Shown here: piece by piece, positions 1-15,071 of the stretch
Layout of the letters: the number at the start of each line of letters is the position of its first letter
How positions within the stretch are numbered: the first letter of the stretch is position 1
From: Dictyostelium discoideum
Lineage: Eukaryota
Direction: 5' to 3'
Assembly (NCBI GenBank): GCA_000004695.1
Contig: CM000153.2
Location: forward strand, 1,088,001 to 1,152,000
Length of the DNA stretch: 64,000 nucleotides
Translations under genes and position numbers: made by a program
Notes under the pieces: model-generated
Told to the model about the DNA's origin: nothing
The model's database searches: none
What the model saw: only the letters and a program-made list of their open reading frames with translations

Positions 1-92
1 AAAAAAAAAAAAAAAAATTTAAGAAAATCATAATAGTTCATTTTCGTTGTGAATATTTTATATTTTTTTTTTTGAATTATTTTAAAATAATT

Positions 93-124
<32 letters not shown>

Positions 125-351
125 CAAAAAGAGATGTTCAATTATTGGATTATTATTATTTTTAAATAATAAAAATTTTAAAAACTAATGAAAAAAAATT
201 GTTTAGTTAATTTTTTTTTTTTTTTTTTTTTTACTGATTTTGGCTCCACCATCCACCAAAACTTCATAATATTTGATCGAAATATCTTTTTAATTAATCG
301 CCACTAATAATGATATATTTTAATGAGAATATAATCATATTTTAATTATTA

Positions 352-478
<127 letters not shown>

Positions 479-741
479 TATAATTATTAAAAAAAAATAA
501 TTGAATCCCTTAAAAAAATAATATAAAAAAAAAATATATTTACATATCTCGATATCTATTATCATCTCTTTTTTCACCCCATTTTTATAATTAAAAATAA
601 ACTTTTTTTTTTTTTTTCCCAATATATATTATTTCCTTATTTAATATGTAAATAATATTTAATAATTATAATTATAATTTTTATTGTTGTTATTGCCTTC
701 ATTACAATAACAATTTTATTGAAAATGGAGTGTGCCGAAGG

Positions 742-784
<43 letters not shown>

Positions 785-1061
785 AAATTATAAAAAAAAT
801 TAAAATTAATATATTAAAAAATATATATATATATTTATTATTATAATAAATAAAAAGAGCCTTACAATTATGTCTATGTGTATGCATAAATTAAAACAAT
901 TAAAAAAATTAAACCTTAAAAAAAAAAAAAAAAAAAATTAAAAAAAAAAAAAAAAAAAAATAAATAACTTTTTTTATTTTTTTTTTTTTTTTATTTTTTT
1001 TTTTTCAGTTTACATAAAACACACCAAAGAAGAAGAGATAGTTTTAATTAATTAAAAAAAA

Positions 1062-1599
1062 ATGGATAATAGTAGCGGAGGAACAAAATTAAATGAAGAT
1101 ATTGATATATTTTCAACATTTACATCTGCAGCAAATCATTTAGCATTATTATATAAACAATCAATTAATATAAAGAAACAATCCTATCTCAAAGGATATA
1201 ACGACTCTTTGGAAAATATATTAGATTTCATAAAAACAAATAATATAGATTCAATATCTTTACTCTTAAATTATATAAATAAAGAAAAAGAAAATTTAAA
1301 AGAGACAAACATTAGCGATCATAATAATAATAATAATAATAATTCATCAAATACTAAAAATACTAAAAATATCAATAACAACAATAACAACAACAATAGC
1401 GATAATAATAAAAATAATATTAACAATAGCGGAATAAATAAAATAGATAATAAATTAGAAAAAACAAAGATTTTATTAAAAAAAGATATAATTGTAAAAA
1501 ATCCATTTGAAAAACAAAATTTAAATATTCAACAAAATAGTGTAAACCCATTCACAACTTCTCTTCATCAAACTCAAAATAATAATAATAATAATGGCG

Positions 1600-1688
<89 letters not shown>

Positions 1689-1884
1689 GTACAACAACAA
1701 TTAATAAACAATAAAAAGAGATTATTACCCAAACTTTATTACCTTAATGGACAGAATCATAATAACATAAATGTATATAACACAATCAATAGCGCACAAC
1801 AACAAAATAATAATACTGTAAATGAAATAGTTTTTGAACAAAATGAACATCACCAAATGCAAGATCAACCCCTTGATCAGCATC

Positions 1885-1946
<62 letters not shown>

Positions 1947-2168
1947 CCGCAACAACAATTATTAAATCAACATATACAAGAACAAGAACATCATCAATCA
2001 CAAATTTATCATAGTTTTAATAGATTTAACCAAAATACAACAAATATATCATTTTCAAATATTATACCACAACCAGATCTTGGTCAAGATTTCATTGGGA
2101 ACAATCAATTGTTTAAAAAATATAAACAATCTTCGGCAATATCGGATCAATTTATGGATCCAAATTAA
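1062..2168 (+). CDS. Hypothetical poly-Gln/poly-Asn low-complexity protein, 368 aa, apparently single exon
   Basis: ATG in an A-rich context. The long ORF contains two (CAA)n tracts at about 1597-1686 and 1882-1950, plus N-rich tracts. No recognisable domain. Confidence 0.5.
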
Positions 2169-2215
2169 CTTTTATAGAATATAATAATAATAATAATAAT
2201 AAATAATAAATAATA

Positions 2216-2252
<37 letters not shown>

Positions 2253-2620
2253 TATTAATTATTTATAATATAATATAAGTAATTGTAAAATAAATAAATA
2301 AATAATAGAACCATGTAAATAAAATCTTGTTTTTTGTTTTAAAAATAATATATTTTTTTTTTTTTTATTTAATTTTTATCATTGAGAACAAACTATGTAT
2401 AACCTCAATATCTTTTCAAAATTTAAACCTTTGGCAATTTTTTTTTTATTTTTCACTAATTCTTTGATTTGACATACCTTCTAATAATTTGTGTTCTAAA
2501 TAATGTGTACCTGAATTATTTGTTCACCAATAGTTGTTATCTATATCTTGTATTATATTGCACCTAATTGTCCATTTGCATCTGTGTTTTGGCGATTTTT
2601 TTTTTTTTAAAGTAAAGATA

Positions 2621-2652
<32 letters not shown>

Positions 2653-3244
2653 ATTTTTGGGAAAGAACGATTTCTTTAGTTTGGAAGATAAAAAAAAAAA
2701 AAATAAATTAAAAAAATAAAATCTTAAAAATGATTCAGCGAATGGTGTGAATTTTTTAAAATTGGTTAATTCGAATTATATTATTTTTATATTTAATTTT
2801 TTTTTTTTATCTTTCAAACTAATTCATTGGTTTTTTTTGTTTAATGGGCTTTATTAATAACTGATCACTTCCCCAATTTTTTTTTTTTTTTTTTTTTTTT
2901 TTGCTGGCAATATTCCACCAATCTGATTAAAAAAAAAAAAAAAAAAAATTTATAACTTCATCTATTATTAAGGGTTTATTTTTTTAATTTTAAGAATTTT
3001 CATTAATCAAAATTAAAAACCATTAAACGTTTTCTGATTGTATGATAATACCAAAGATTAGAATTTTAAAAATGACCTTTGGTTTTTTTTTTTTTATTTT
3101 TTTTTATTTTTTTTTATTTTTTTTTTTATTTAAAAAATTAATATAAAATAAAGAGCTTTTTTTTTTTTTTTTTTAATTCATCAAAATAAAATCTAAAATA
3201 AAGTAAATAAATAATTACAAAATAATTAATTAAAAAAAAAAAAA

Positions 3245-3694
3245 ATGGTTGTTATTACAGTTAGTTATAAAGTTCATATGACTTATTATTCAGAATCAGC
3301 TGGTTCAATCGGTACTGATGGTATAGGTCCATGTGTTGGTATTATTGCTAAAAAAACAAATGGCACTACTTTCTGTGCTCATATCGCTTCATCTATCCAA
3401 GGAATAGATGCCAATCTACCATCTATTACAAGTAAAACAACAGAATTAATTAATAAATATTTAAAAAATGTAGATTTAGTTGAAATGAGTTGTGTAACTG
3501 GAAATTTAAAAGATAAATCCGCAAATGCAATTTACAAAGGTATCACTAATGCATATGGTGCTAAAGTTAAGGCATTAGTTGAAGGTACTGGTATTTATTT
3601 CAAAGATGGTGCTGTTGGTGTTGTTAAAGCTGAAACAATCAAAGGAACCGTTGAAGGTCCAAACGCCTTTGATGGTCCAATGGATGTCAAATAA
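3245..3694 (+). CDS. Hypothetical small protein of 149 aa, not low-complexity
   Basis: Clean ORF with ATG at 3245 after an A-run (aaaaATG). Balanced composition with Gly, Val and Lys. No family recognised by eye. Confidence 0.45.
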   Translation: MVVITVSYKVHMTYYSESAGSIGTDGIGPCVGIIAKKTNGTTFCAHIASSIQGIDANLPSITSKTTELINKYLKNVDLVEMSCVTGNLKDKSANAIYKGITNAYGAKVKALVEGTGIYFKDGAVGVVKAETIKGTVEGPNAFDGPMDVK

Positions 3695-3923
3695 AATAAT
3701 TCATTGACCCAATGGATATTAAATAAAATAATAAAAATAATCTAATAATAATTAAAAAATAAAATTTTCATTTTCCGTTAATTTTTAAACTATAAAAAAA
3801 TAAAAATAAAAAAAAACAGAATGGTTACATTCATTTTATTTTTATATTTTATATCATTTTGTATTTTTGAGTGCTCTATATTTATATACTAAATTCATAT
3901 TAAAACTAAATAAATTAAATCTT

Positions 3924-3996
<73 letters not shown>

Positions 3997-4737
3997 AAAT
4001 AAAATGAAAAAAAAGAAAATATTTTTATATATTTTTAAGTGGCAAATAAGAATGTTTGTTAATAAAAAAAATAATAAGATCAGAATAATAACTGATTCCT
4101 TAATAATAAAATAAAAATTAATAATAAAATAAAAATTAATAAAAAATTAAAAAATAAAAATAAATTTTATTAAAAGTTATAACCATTAATCCTGGGGGAT
4201 ATATTAAATTTTTAATTTTACAATGTTTTTATTTATTTTTTTATTTTTTGTTTTATTTTATTTTTTTATTTTTTTATTTTTTTTTTTTTTTATTTTTTTT
4301 TATTTTTTTTTATTTTTTTTTTATTTTTTTTATTTTTTTTATTTTTTTTATTTTTTTTTATTTTTTTTGGTGGGTTGAATATCTCAAAATTTTGGGAAAT
4401 TAATTATTTTTAATTTATTTTACCAGGATTAAAAAAAGAATTCGTTTAAAATTGGTATTCGATGAGTTTAAAGATAGTTACAATTTTTTGTACACATGAC
4501 CAGAATTATCATTTAACTATTCATTTGAATTTTCCTGTTTAATTTAATTTAAAATTATTTAATTTAACAAAAAAAAAAAAGAAAAAAAAAAATGTTTAAA
4601 AGGGAAGAAATATTTTTTTTTTTTATTTTTTATATATTCAATAATTAACAATACTCAATAATAATTAAAATTTTTTTTTTTTTTTTTCACTCAATAATTT
4701 TATAAATATCCAATTTTTTTTTTTCCTTAAATATTAA

Positions 4738-6270
<1,533 letters not shown>

Positions 6271-6706
6271 CCATTTTTATATGTATAGATATATATATAT
6301 ATAAATACTCTTCAAACCTGTATAAATTTGTATATTCTTTATCTTTTTTTTTTCTTTTTTTTTTTCTGTTTATTCTTTTTTAAAAAAAAAAAAAAAAAAA
6401 AACAAATTATAATTAAAATAATTTAAATAAATTTCTTATTCAATTTTCCTAAATTAAAAACTATTTAATTTAAAAAAAGGTAACATTTATTAGAAGTTTC
6501 CAAAAAAAAAAAATTTTTATTTTGATTGTTGCTTGGTGTTTGGGCGATCAAAAAAAATATCTAAAAATAATTTTTTTGAATTTTTGTTTTTATTTTTTTT
6601 TTTTTTTTATTTTTTGATGGGGTTTTTTTGGATGTTTTATTTTTTTTTTTTACTTTTTTCCTCTTTTTTTGAAAATAATATCAAAAGTTATCAAAACAAC
6701 AAAAAA

Positions 6707-7472
6707 ATGAAAATTATAAAGTATTTTTATACTTTCATACTCTATTTTTTATTTTTATTTAATTGTTTGGCGTTTGTTAAAAGTGGTGACCTGGAATGTA
6801 AAAATAATTTATTATTAAAATATCAAGTATTTGCAAATACTTTGTGCGATTCAGCAGAAGTTAATACCACAACAATCACTTTTCGTGCAACTTGTATAAA
6901 TAATATTCTTTACACTTTGTAAATATCAACTTGAAGTAATAATAATAATAAAAATAATAATAATTAATAACTAATTTTAAAAATTAATTTAAAATAGCCA
7001 TATTACTCCAACTGCTAGCGCACCAAATGTTACATTGACTTATGATGATTTGAATTGCTTCACAGATCTTTCTGATATGTAATTATTTAAAATATATAAT
7101 TAATTATTTTTTTTTTTAAAATAAAAAAAAAAAAAAAAAAAAACATGGATTTTAATAGTGTACAATAATTAAAAAAAAAAAAAAAAAAAAAAAAGGGTTT
7201 TCACAAATGTTAGATTCAATGGAAATGCATTTGGACAGGAGAATCAACAACAGGTAGCAAAAAGACTTTATTTTATTAATTGTACATTTGAGTCTGGTGA
7301 AATTGGTGATTCCCTTTCAAAAAACACAACTCTAGTTTGGATTGAATTTAATGAGAATTCAAATTTAAAAAATATTTATTTTTTAAATATTAAACATTTA
7401 GAAACATTGTAATTATAATTTAATATTATTTCCTATGGCCTATAAGTTTCAATTTTAACTAACTTTTTGGTG

Positions 7473-7512
<40 letters not shown>

Positions 7513-10500
7513 AATAAATAAACTTTAATAGTATACTAACTAGAATAGGCGATTTGGCTAAAATTCCATATATTGATAATAATCTTCAAAATCCTTCATA
7601 TCATTTTAAAGAAATGTTTGTATAAATTAATATTATTATTATTAAAATTTTCTTTCCAAATATTAATTTCAGTTTGGAAAAAAAAAAAAAAAGAATATTA
7701 GTTACAGAACAATTAATGTCATTTAATGGTTTAAATTGTTCAAGAATGACTATTACACTTATAAATGCAACAGAACAACATAGTGGATTAGATTTTTTAA
7801 ATACCATTAATAGTATTGATGAATTGAATTTAGATTTTGGTGATAATTTAATTGCCTTTCCAGGTATAATAGGTTCAAACAATAATAAATTAAAAACTCT
7901 TTCAATTTCAGGTAAATTTAAAAAACCATCAATTATAGGATTAACTATTCAAGAAGGCCTTCAAGAGTTTTCAATTAATGGTGGTGGTGAATTATTTAAT
8001 ATTAATGGTGCTTTACCATTCTTAACTATTCCATCTTCATTAAAGTTATTTTATATTGCTGATATTGGTTTAACCACTTTTCCAACCTTTCCACTTAATA
8101 TTGAAACAATGTAAATATATATATATATATATAGTTTAATTTTTTTTTAATTTTTTTTTTAAATACTAATTTTAAAATTTTTTTTTATTAATTTATTATT
8201 ACTATTATTATTATTAAAAAAAACTATTAGATTAATTTATAAAAATAATTTTGGAGGCATTTTACCAGATTTGTCAAGTTATAAAAAATTATCACATGTT
8301 TCTTTAGCAGAGTGTGGTTTCACTGGTACAATTCCAGAAAGTTATTGTATGTTTACTGGTACTTTAAATAATAATTCACTTACTGGTTTTTGGCCCCAAT
8401 GCAAAATATGTTATTTTGATAATTTTGAAGAAAGTTTTGATGGTAATCCATCACTAGAGAAAGGAAATTGTGGTATGTATTATAAATTAAAAATAAAAAA
8501 TAAAATATATATGATTTTATATTAATATTAATATTAAAAAATTTAGAACCAGGATCAATTGTTCCAAATTTAGAATATTATAATGTTTCAAATGAAATAA
8601 CATTATATGGAGAGAATTTAGGCATTTTCGGTCCAGGTAATATTTATAATATAGGATTTAAAGTAATAAATAGACAATCATTATTTAAAGCAATTTGGAA
8701 TGAAACAGCCAATGGTATAATTCCAAATATTATTGAACTTAATTTTGGTGGTACTAATTTTAAATTAGCAACTAAATCTTTAAAACCAATAGTTCAATCT
8801 ATTACAAAGCTTGGTTCTAATTATGCTTTTAAAGGTGAAAATTTCTCTTATAATAAAGAACATTTTGAAGTTAAAATTGGTGGTGTACCATGTGAAATTA
8901 ATTATATTGCTTTTGAAATTATTAAATGTAGTTTCAAAACATCAATATTACCAAATAATGGTATAGATATCAAATCAACAATTCAAAATTTTAATATAGA
9001 TCAAATAATTTCATTCACTGTAAATACAATTGATAATAAAACAACAGATATTTTAACATGTGCATCTGAATGTCTTAATGGTGGTTTTTGTAGTTCAACA
9101 AGTGGTAATTGTATTTGTGGTGAAATATATAAAGGATCTGATTGTGCTATTTTAAAGACATGCCAAAACAATTGTATAGATTCAAATCATGGATATTGTA
9201 ATTATACAAGTGAAAGTTGTGTTTGCGTTAATGGTTGGTCTGGTAATGATTGCTCAACTATGGTTTGTACTTCTGATTGTAGTGAACCTTTAGGTAATGG
9301 AAAATGTGATACAACCACTGGAATTTGTAAATGTTCTCAACAATATACCAGTGATGATTGTAGTTTACCAAATCAATATATTTCATCAGTATCATCAGTA
9401 CCAACAAGCGGTGGTGTTGTAAATATCTGGGGTTGGTTTGGTACAATACATTCAGGATTATCAATTATGATTGATCAACAAGTTTGTCAACATGATGTTA
9501 ATTCAATTACTAGTAGTTTTATAAATTGTACAGTTGGTGCTGGTAGTGGTACACAATCAATTACTCTCACTCAAAATGGTATTACATATACTGGTAATAA
9601 TATGTTCCATTATACTGAATTAACATATAGTTGTCCAAAAGATTGTTCAAATAATGGTAAATGTAATACAAATACAGGTCAATGTAAATGTAATAGTGGA
9701 TGGGGTGGTTATGATTGTAATTCAAAAAAAACAACTCAACCATCAACATCATCATCATCATCAACAACAACTACAGCATCCTCTTCAACAACTGGTTCTA
9801 CTGAGACACCAACACCAACTTCAACACCAGTAGTTGAAATTCCAAAATCAAATACTACAATCAATGAAGATTTAGGTTCAGCAGTTATCAATAATCAACA
9901 GACAACATATGAAATTTCAATTTTATCATTAATTGAAACTGATTTTTCAAATAATATTGTAAATACATTTAATTTATCAAAGAAATGGACAGCTTCAGTA
10001 AGCACAGATAATATCTATAAATTTACTCAAACAATTCAAGAATCATGTAATATCACATACACTATTGAAGAGATTAAAACAGAAAGAGATTATCAATGGG
10101 CAGGTTTAGATTTAACATTGGATAAAGATTCAATCAAAATTTCAGTCTCAATTAAAAATTACACTTTTAATAGTGTTTTAAATAATCTTCAATTAAGATT
10201 TGAATCATTAGTAGGTGATAATAATAAAAATACTCAAGATAATAATGAATGTAATAATAAAGATACTCAAGTTGATACAAGTGAAATCGATAAAAATCAA
10301 TTATTAAATTATGTAACAATATCAAGAAATCAAAAAGTTTTATATGGTCGTTTCATTAATAGAGTTATTAGTGATTCAAGACAAACTTTTATAACAACCT
10401 CTGTAATTCCAAATAATAATAATAATAAACAATCAGTGATCATTGGATTAAATCTTCCACATTGCACGCATGAATGTTTAATTGATCCTGATTTCTCTGT

Positions 10501-10702
10501 TTTGGTTTCACCATCATATCAAGAATGTTCTAGTGATTTAAATAATGGTCGTGCCAGTTGGGTATTACCTGTTGCTATCGTTGTACCTTGTGTTGCTGTT
10601 GCTGCCATTATTATTATTAGTGCGGTATTGTATAAAAAGAATCGTTTATCTTTTTTGATTGTCAAAAATAAGTTAAATAATATAAAACTTTCCAAAAAAT
10701 AA
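6707..10702 (+). CDS. Paralog A of a tandem family: large type I membrane protein (signal peptide, LRR region, IPT/TIG-like fold, EGF-like modules, Ser/Thr mucin stalk, conserved juxtamembrane domain, TM, short tail). About 7 exons: 6707-6918, ~6998-7078, ~7197-7408, ~7532-7615, 7673-8110, 8231-8472, 8547-10702
   Basis: Signal peptide MKIIKYFYTFILYFLFLFNCLA. The LRR motif L..N.L.G.IP appears in LSHVSLAECGFTGTIPESYC and TLNNNSLTGFWPQC. EGF-like modules are CSEPLGNGKCDTTTGICKC, CPKDCSNNGKCNTNTGQCKCNSGWGGYDC. IPT/TIG-like stretch is PNQYISSVSSVPTSGGVVNIWGWFGT...VCQ...FINCTVGAGSGTQSITL. The TM helix is WVLPVAIVVPCVAVAAIIIISAVLY, followed by KKNR. Splice phases are consistent across exons (track ORFs 6533-6922, 7674-8114, 8271-8525, 9260-10702). 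Confidence 0.65.
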
Positions 10703-11058
10703 AAAAAGTAAAATTGTGAATAGAAAAAAAAAAAAAATTAAAAAAAAATTAAAAATAAAAATAAAGAAAAAAAATAGAAAAAAAGAAAATTTAATTTAAT
10801 TTAAATTAATAAACATATCCGAATACCATTTGTAACACTCACATTTGATTGTGTTGATCAAAAAAAAAAATTTTTAATCAAACCTTGAATTGTGAAAGGT
10901 CAGAAAATCTTAAATTACTTGAAATTGAGAAAATAAAAAAAAAGGTTGGATATCCTAAATGAGAGTCCAAGGTGGTTAAAAAAAAAAAAAAAATAAAAAA
11001 TAAAAATTAAAAATTTTCAAAAGAAATCGTGGTCACAAATAACAATCAAAAAAATAAA

Positions 11059-14000
11059 ATGAAATCAAATTTTTTATTTAATTTCTTTTTACTATTATTT
11101 TTTATTAATATCCTAAAATTTGGTATTGTAAAATCAAGTAATTTGATATGTTTAAATAGTATTTCAACAAAATTGGCAGGAAGCACAATTTCAGATTATT
11201 GCACTAATGAATTAACAGTAAATTTATATTCATTTTCATATAGCACAGTATGTAATGGAACAACTCTAACTCAACTGTATGTAGAGTTCATTCTTTTTTT
11301 TTTAATTTTCTAAAAAAATTAATACTAATTATTTTTAACTTCTTTTTTATAGAACTCTTAGTACCATTTTATACAATAATAAAAGTTTGTCATATACTGA
11401 ATTAAATTGTTTTGAAACAACATTAGAATCACTGTAAAATACCAAAATTATATTATATTATTACAATTTTTTTTATTTTTTTTATTATTATTATTATTTT
11501 TTATATTAATATGATGATGATTTTTTTTTTTTTTTTTTTAATTTTTAGAATTTTAAATAGTATTTTAATACATGAAGATTCCTTTGGAGTTGAAAACCAA
11601 CCAGCAATTGCTGATACAATTACTTTAAGTAATGTTACATTCATAGGTAATTAATTTATAATAATAATTTTTTAATTTTTTTAATATTTCTCGAAAATAA
11701 TATTAATTCATAATTAAATAGATGGAAGATTTACATCTCTTGGAAATTCTTTACCATTTAATACAAGCACTTTAAACATTTTTAATCTTGGAACATCAAA
11801 TTTACTCTTTATTGATTTTTTAGCTATTAAAAACCTAAAAACATAGTTTGTATAATTAGTGATATTAAAATTAAATATTATTTTTTTTTTTTATTAATTT
11901 TTTTTTTTTTTTTTTTTAAAAATTTGAAAAAAGCTATACAATTAATTTTAATTCTTTAGAACCTTATCCAACATATACCAATAGTTTAACTAGCCCAGAC
12001 TTTAAAATGGAAAAAATGTAGGTACTTTTATTATAAATTAAAAAAAAAAAAAAAAATTCTAATATTATATATAAACAGAACAATGGCTTTATCAAACATT
12101 CCTTCTTTTTTAAATGTTGTAGTTGACTATCTAGAATTGCTATTAGTTGGAACATCATTTTCTTCATCACAATTATCAAATTTAGGAACAATGACTCATG
12201 TTTCAGCTTTGGCTTTTAAATCGAATTCTGCTATTGAATATCCAACAGAGTTAGGTTCAGCAAATAACAGCATTACTACTTTAACGTTGACAACACCACT
12301 TCTTGCATATGCTAATTATGCTCTCCCTCCAAACCTTGCCCTGCTTTATGTTAGTGCAGGTTCAAATTTCAATTTTAACAAAAGGCTCCCATTCAGTGTA
12401 TTCCCGTCTTCTTTAAAATCTATATTTATTGGAGCTATTGGTATTGATTCTTTTAGTCAGGTCCTTCCTCAAACAATTGAAGCTATGTAAGTATTATTTT
12501 TATATATATTATTATTTTTACCATTATTAGAATAAAAAATATTAATTGTAGAAAATTTCAATCAATTCAAATAGAACAATTTCAAATAATCCTATGGGAC
12601 CAAGAAATTTACCAAGTTTTGAGCATTACACAAACTAACTCAACTTACCCTAACAGGATGTGGATTTACTGGAACAATTCCAGAATCATATTGTTTATTT
12701 GATTGTGTGTTAAGTTCAAATAATTTAAATGGTACATTACCTCAATGTAAGATTTGTCATGCTGAAGAAAATTATGGTAAATTTGAAAGTAATCCAAATT
12801 TAACTCAAGGAATATGTTGTAAGTATAGTAATTTAAAAATTAAAAACTAAATGGTAATTCTAATTATAAACTTTATTAGATCCAGGATCAATCGTTCCAA
12901 ATTTAGATTATAATAATATTACCAAGAGTTTAGAATTATATGGAACCAATTTAGGTTTACATGGTCCATTAATAAAAGAAACAAATCAAACATTTGCAGT
13001 TAATCTTCCACAATCTTCATTCAAATTAAATTGGAATGAAGTTGTTTATGGTACAATTCCTAATACAATTGATATAAAAATTTCAACAAAATACTATACA
13101 TTGGCAACTAAATATTTAAAACCAACAATTTTTGAAATTACAAGGTCTGGTAATACCTTTACATTCAAAGGAAAAAACTTTTCTTACAATATCAGTGTTA
13201 TTGAAATTAAAATTTTAGATATTGAATGTCCAATAAGTTATAGTGAATTTACTATTATTAATTGTAAATCTAATAAAACTCAATTGGGTAATTCAATCCA
13301 AGGAACAATTCAAAATAAAATGTCTACTGAAATTATTCCATTTTATCTAAATACAAATGATAATTCAACATCAATACAATGTAGTACTGATTGTAATGAA
13401 CCTTTAGGTAATGGAAAATGTAACATCGCAAATGGAATTTGTAAATGTATCAATGAATTTATTGGTAATGATTGCTCTATACCAAATCAATACATTTCAT
13501 CAGTATCATCAGTATCAACAAGTGGTGGTGTTGTAAATATCTGGGGTTGGTTTGGTACATTACATTCAGGATTATCAATTATGATTGGTCAACAAGTTTG
13601 TCAACATGATATTAATTCAATTACTAGTAGTTTTATAAATTGTACAGTTGGTGCTGGTAGTGGTACACAATCAATTACTCTCACTCAAAATGGTATTACA
13701 TATACTGGTATTAATATGTTCCATTATACTGAATTAACATATAGATGTCCAAAAGATTGTTCAAATAATGGTAAATGTAATACAAATACAGGTCAATGTA
13801 AATGTAATAGTGGATGGGGTGGTTATGATTGTAATTCAAAATCATCAACTGATGGTGGAACTACAACAACAATATCATCATCATCATCAACCACAGGTAC
13901 AACTCAAACACCAACACCAACAAAGGAAATTCCAAAATCAAATACAACCATTAATGGAACTGATGGTTTAACTGTTTTGAATAATCAACAAACAACATAT

Positions 14001-14810
14001 GAAATTTCAATTGTATCATTAATTGAAACTGATTTTTCAAATAATATTGTGAATACATATAACTTATCAAAGAAATGGACACCTGTAAACCATACCAATA
14101 TAAATATCTATAAATTTACTCAAACAATTCAAGAATCATGTATTATCACATACACTATTGAAGAAGTTAAAACAGCAAGAGAATATCGATGGGCAGGTTT
14201 AGATTTAACATTGGATAAAGATTCAATCAAAATTTCAGTCTCAATTAAAAATTACACTTTTAATAGTGTTTTAAATAATCTTCAATTAAGATTTGAATCA
14301 TTAGTAGGTGATAATAATAGAAATACTCAAGATAATAATGAATGTAATAATAGAGATACTCAAGTTGATACAAGTGAAATCGATAAGAATCAATTACTAA
14401 ACTATTTAACAATATCAAGAAATCAAAAAGTTTTATATGGTCGTTTCATTAATAGAGTTATTAGTGATTCAAGACAAACTTTTATAACAACCTCTGTAAT
14501 TCCAAATAATAATAATAATAATAAACAATCAGTGATCATTGGATTAAACCTCCCACATTGTAAAAATGAATGTTTAATTGATCCTGATTTCTCTGTTTTG
14601 GTTTCATCATCTTATCAAGAATGTTCAAGTGATTTAAATAATGGTGGTCGTGCCAGTTGGGTATTACCTGTTGCTATCGTTGTACCTTGTGTTGCTGTAG
14701 TTTTAATAGCAATTATTGTTGCAATTTTATACAGAAAGAATCGTTTGGCATTTTTAATTGCAAAAAGTAAAATTAATGATATTAGATTATCAAAGAAAGA
14801 ATTAAAATAA
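11059..14810 (+). CDS. Paralog B of the same family, about 8 exons: 11059-11276, ~11351-11444, ~11549-11646, ~11722-11845, ~11934-12017, 12079-12486, ~12575-12811, 12880-14810. Possible pseudogene: exon 7 has an apparent 1-nt frameshift giving an in-frame TAA near 12636
   Basis: Same architecture and exon phases as A and C. The 3' exon (track ORF 13101-14810) is about 95% identical to C. The LRR exon matches track ORF 12083-12490. Unlike A and C, no track ORF covers the exon between 12490 and 12880. The homologous frame ...NPMGPRNLPSFEHYTN* stops, and reading resumes +1 as LHKLTQLTLTGCGFTGTIPESYC. Confidence 0.5.
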
Positions 14811-14968
14811 TTAAATGTGACATATACGCTTTTTGAGTGCCATTCGAATAAAAAAATAAATTCGAATAAAAAAATAAATTTGAAAAAAAAAAAATCATTT
14901 TCTAAAAACACTTCGCTAAAAATAAAAAACATGCGGTTTTTCTTGAAATATAAATATCTAGGTAAACA

Positions 14969-15004
<36 letters not shown>

Positions 15005-15071
15005 TTTTTTTTTTTTTTTATCACTGCAAAGAAAAATAAAAATAAAAAAATATTAAGATAATTAAAATAAA

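Noticed and set aside
1725-2001. Two minus-strand ORFs (poly-L and poly-V) inside the polyQ gene
   Set aside because: Antisense and alternative-frame readings of the (CAA)n repeats.
2534-2719. ORFs 2534-2719, 14817-15056, 19655-19921 (3' half), 24474-24722, 25407-25643, 49634-49928, 51370-51673, 53917-54264 and 31314-32790 (various)
   Set aside because: These are low-complexity K/F/I/N/Y-rich translations of poly-A/T runs, introns or UTRs. They have no codon structure and many use non-ATG starts in the track.
9258-9770. Minus-strand ORFs 9258-9464, 9582-9770 and 14615-14932, and plus ORF 13768-13971
   Set aside because: Antisense or out-of-frame to the large terminal exons of paralogs A and B, whose frame is strongly supported by homology among the three copies.
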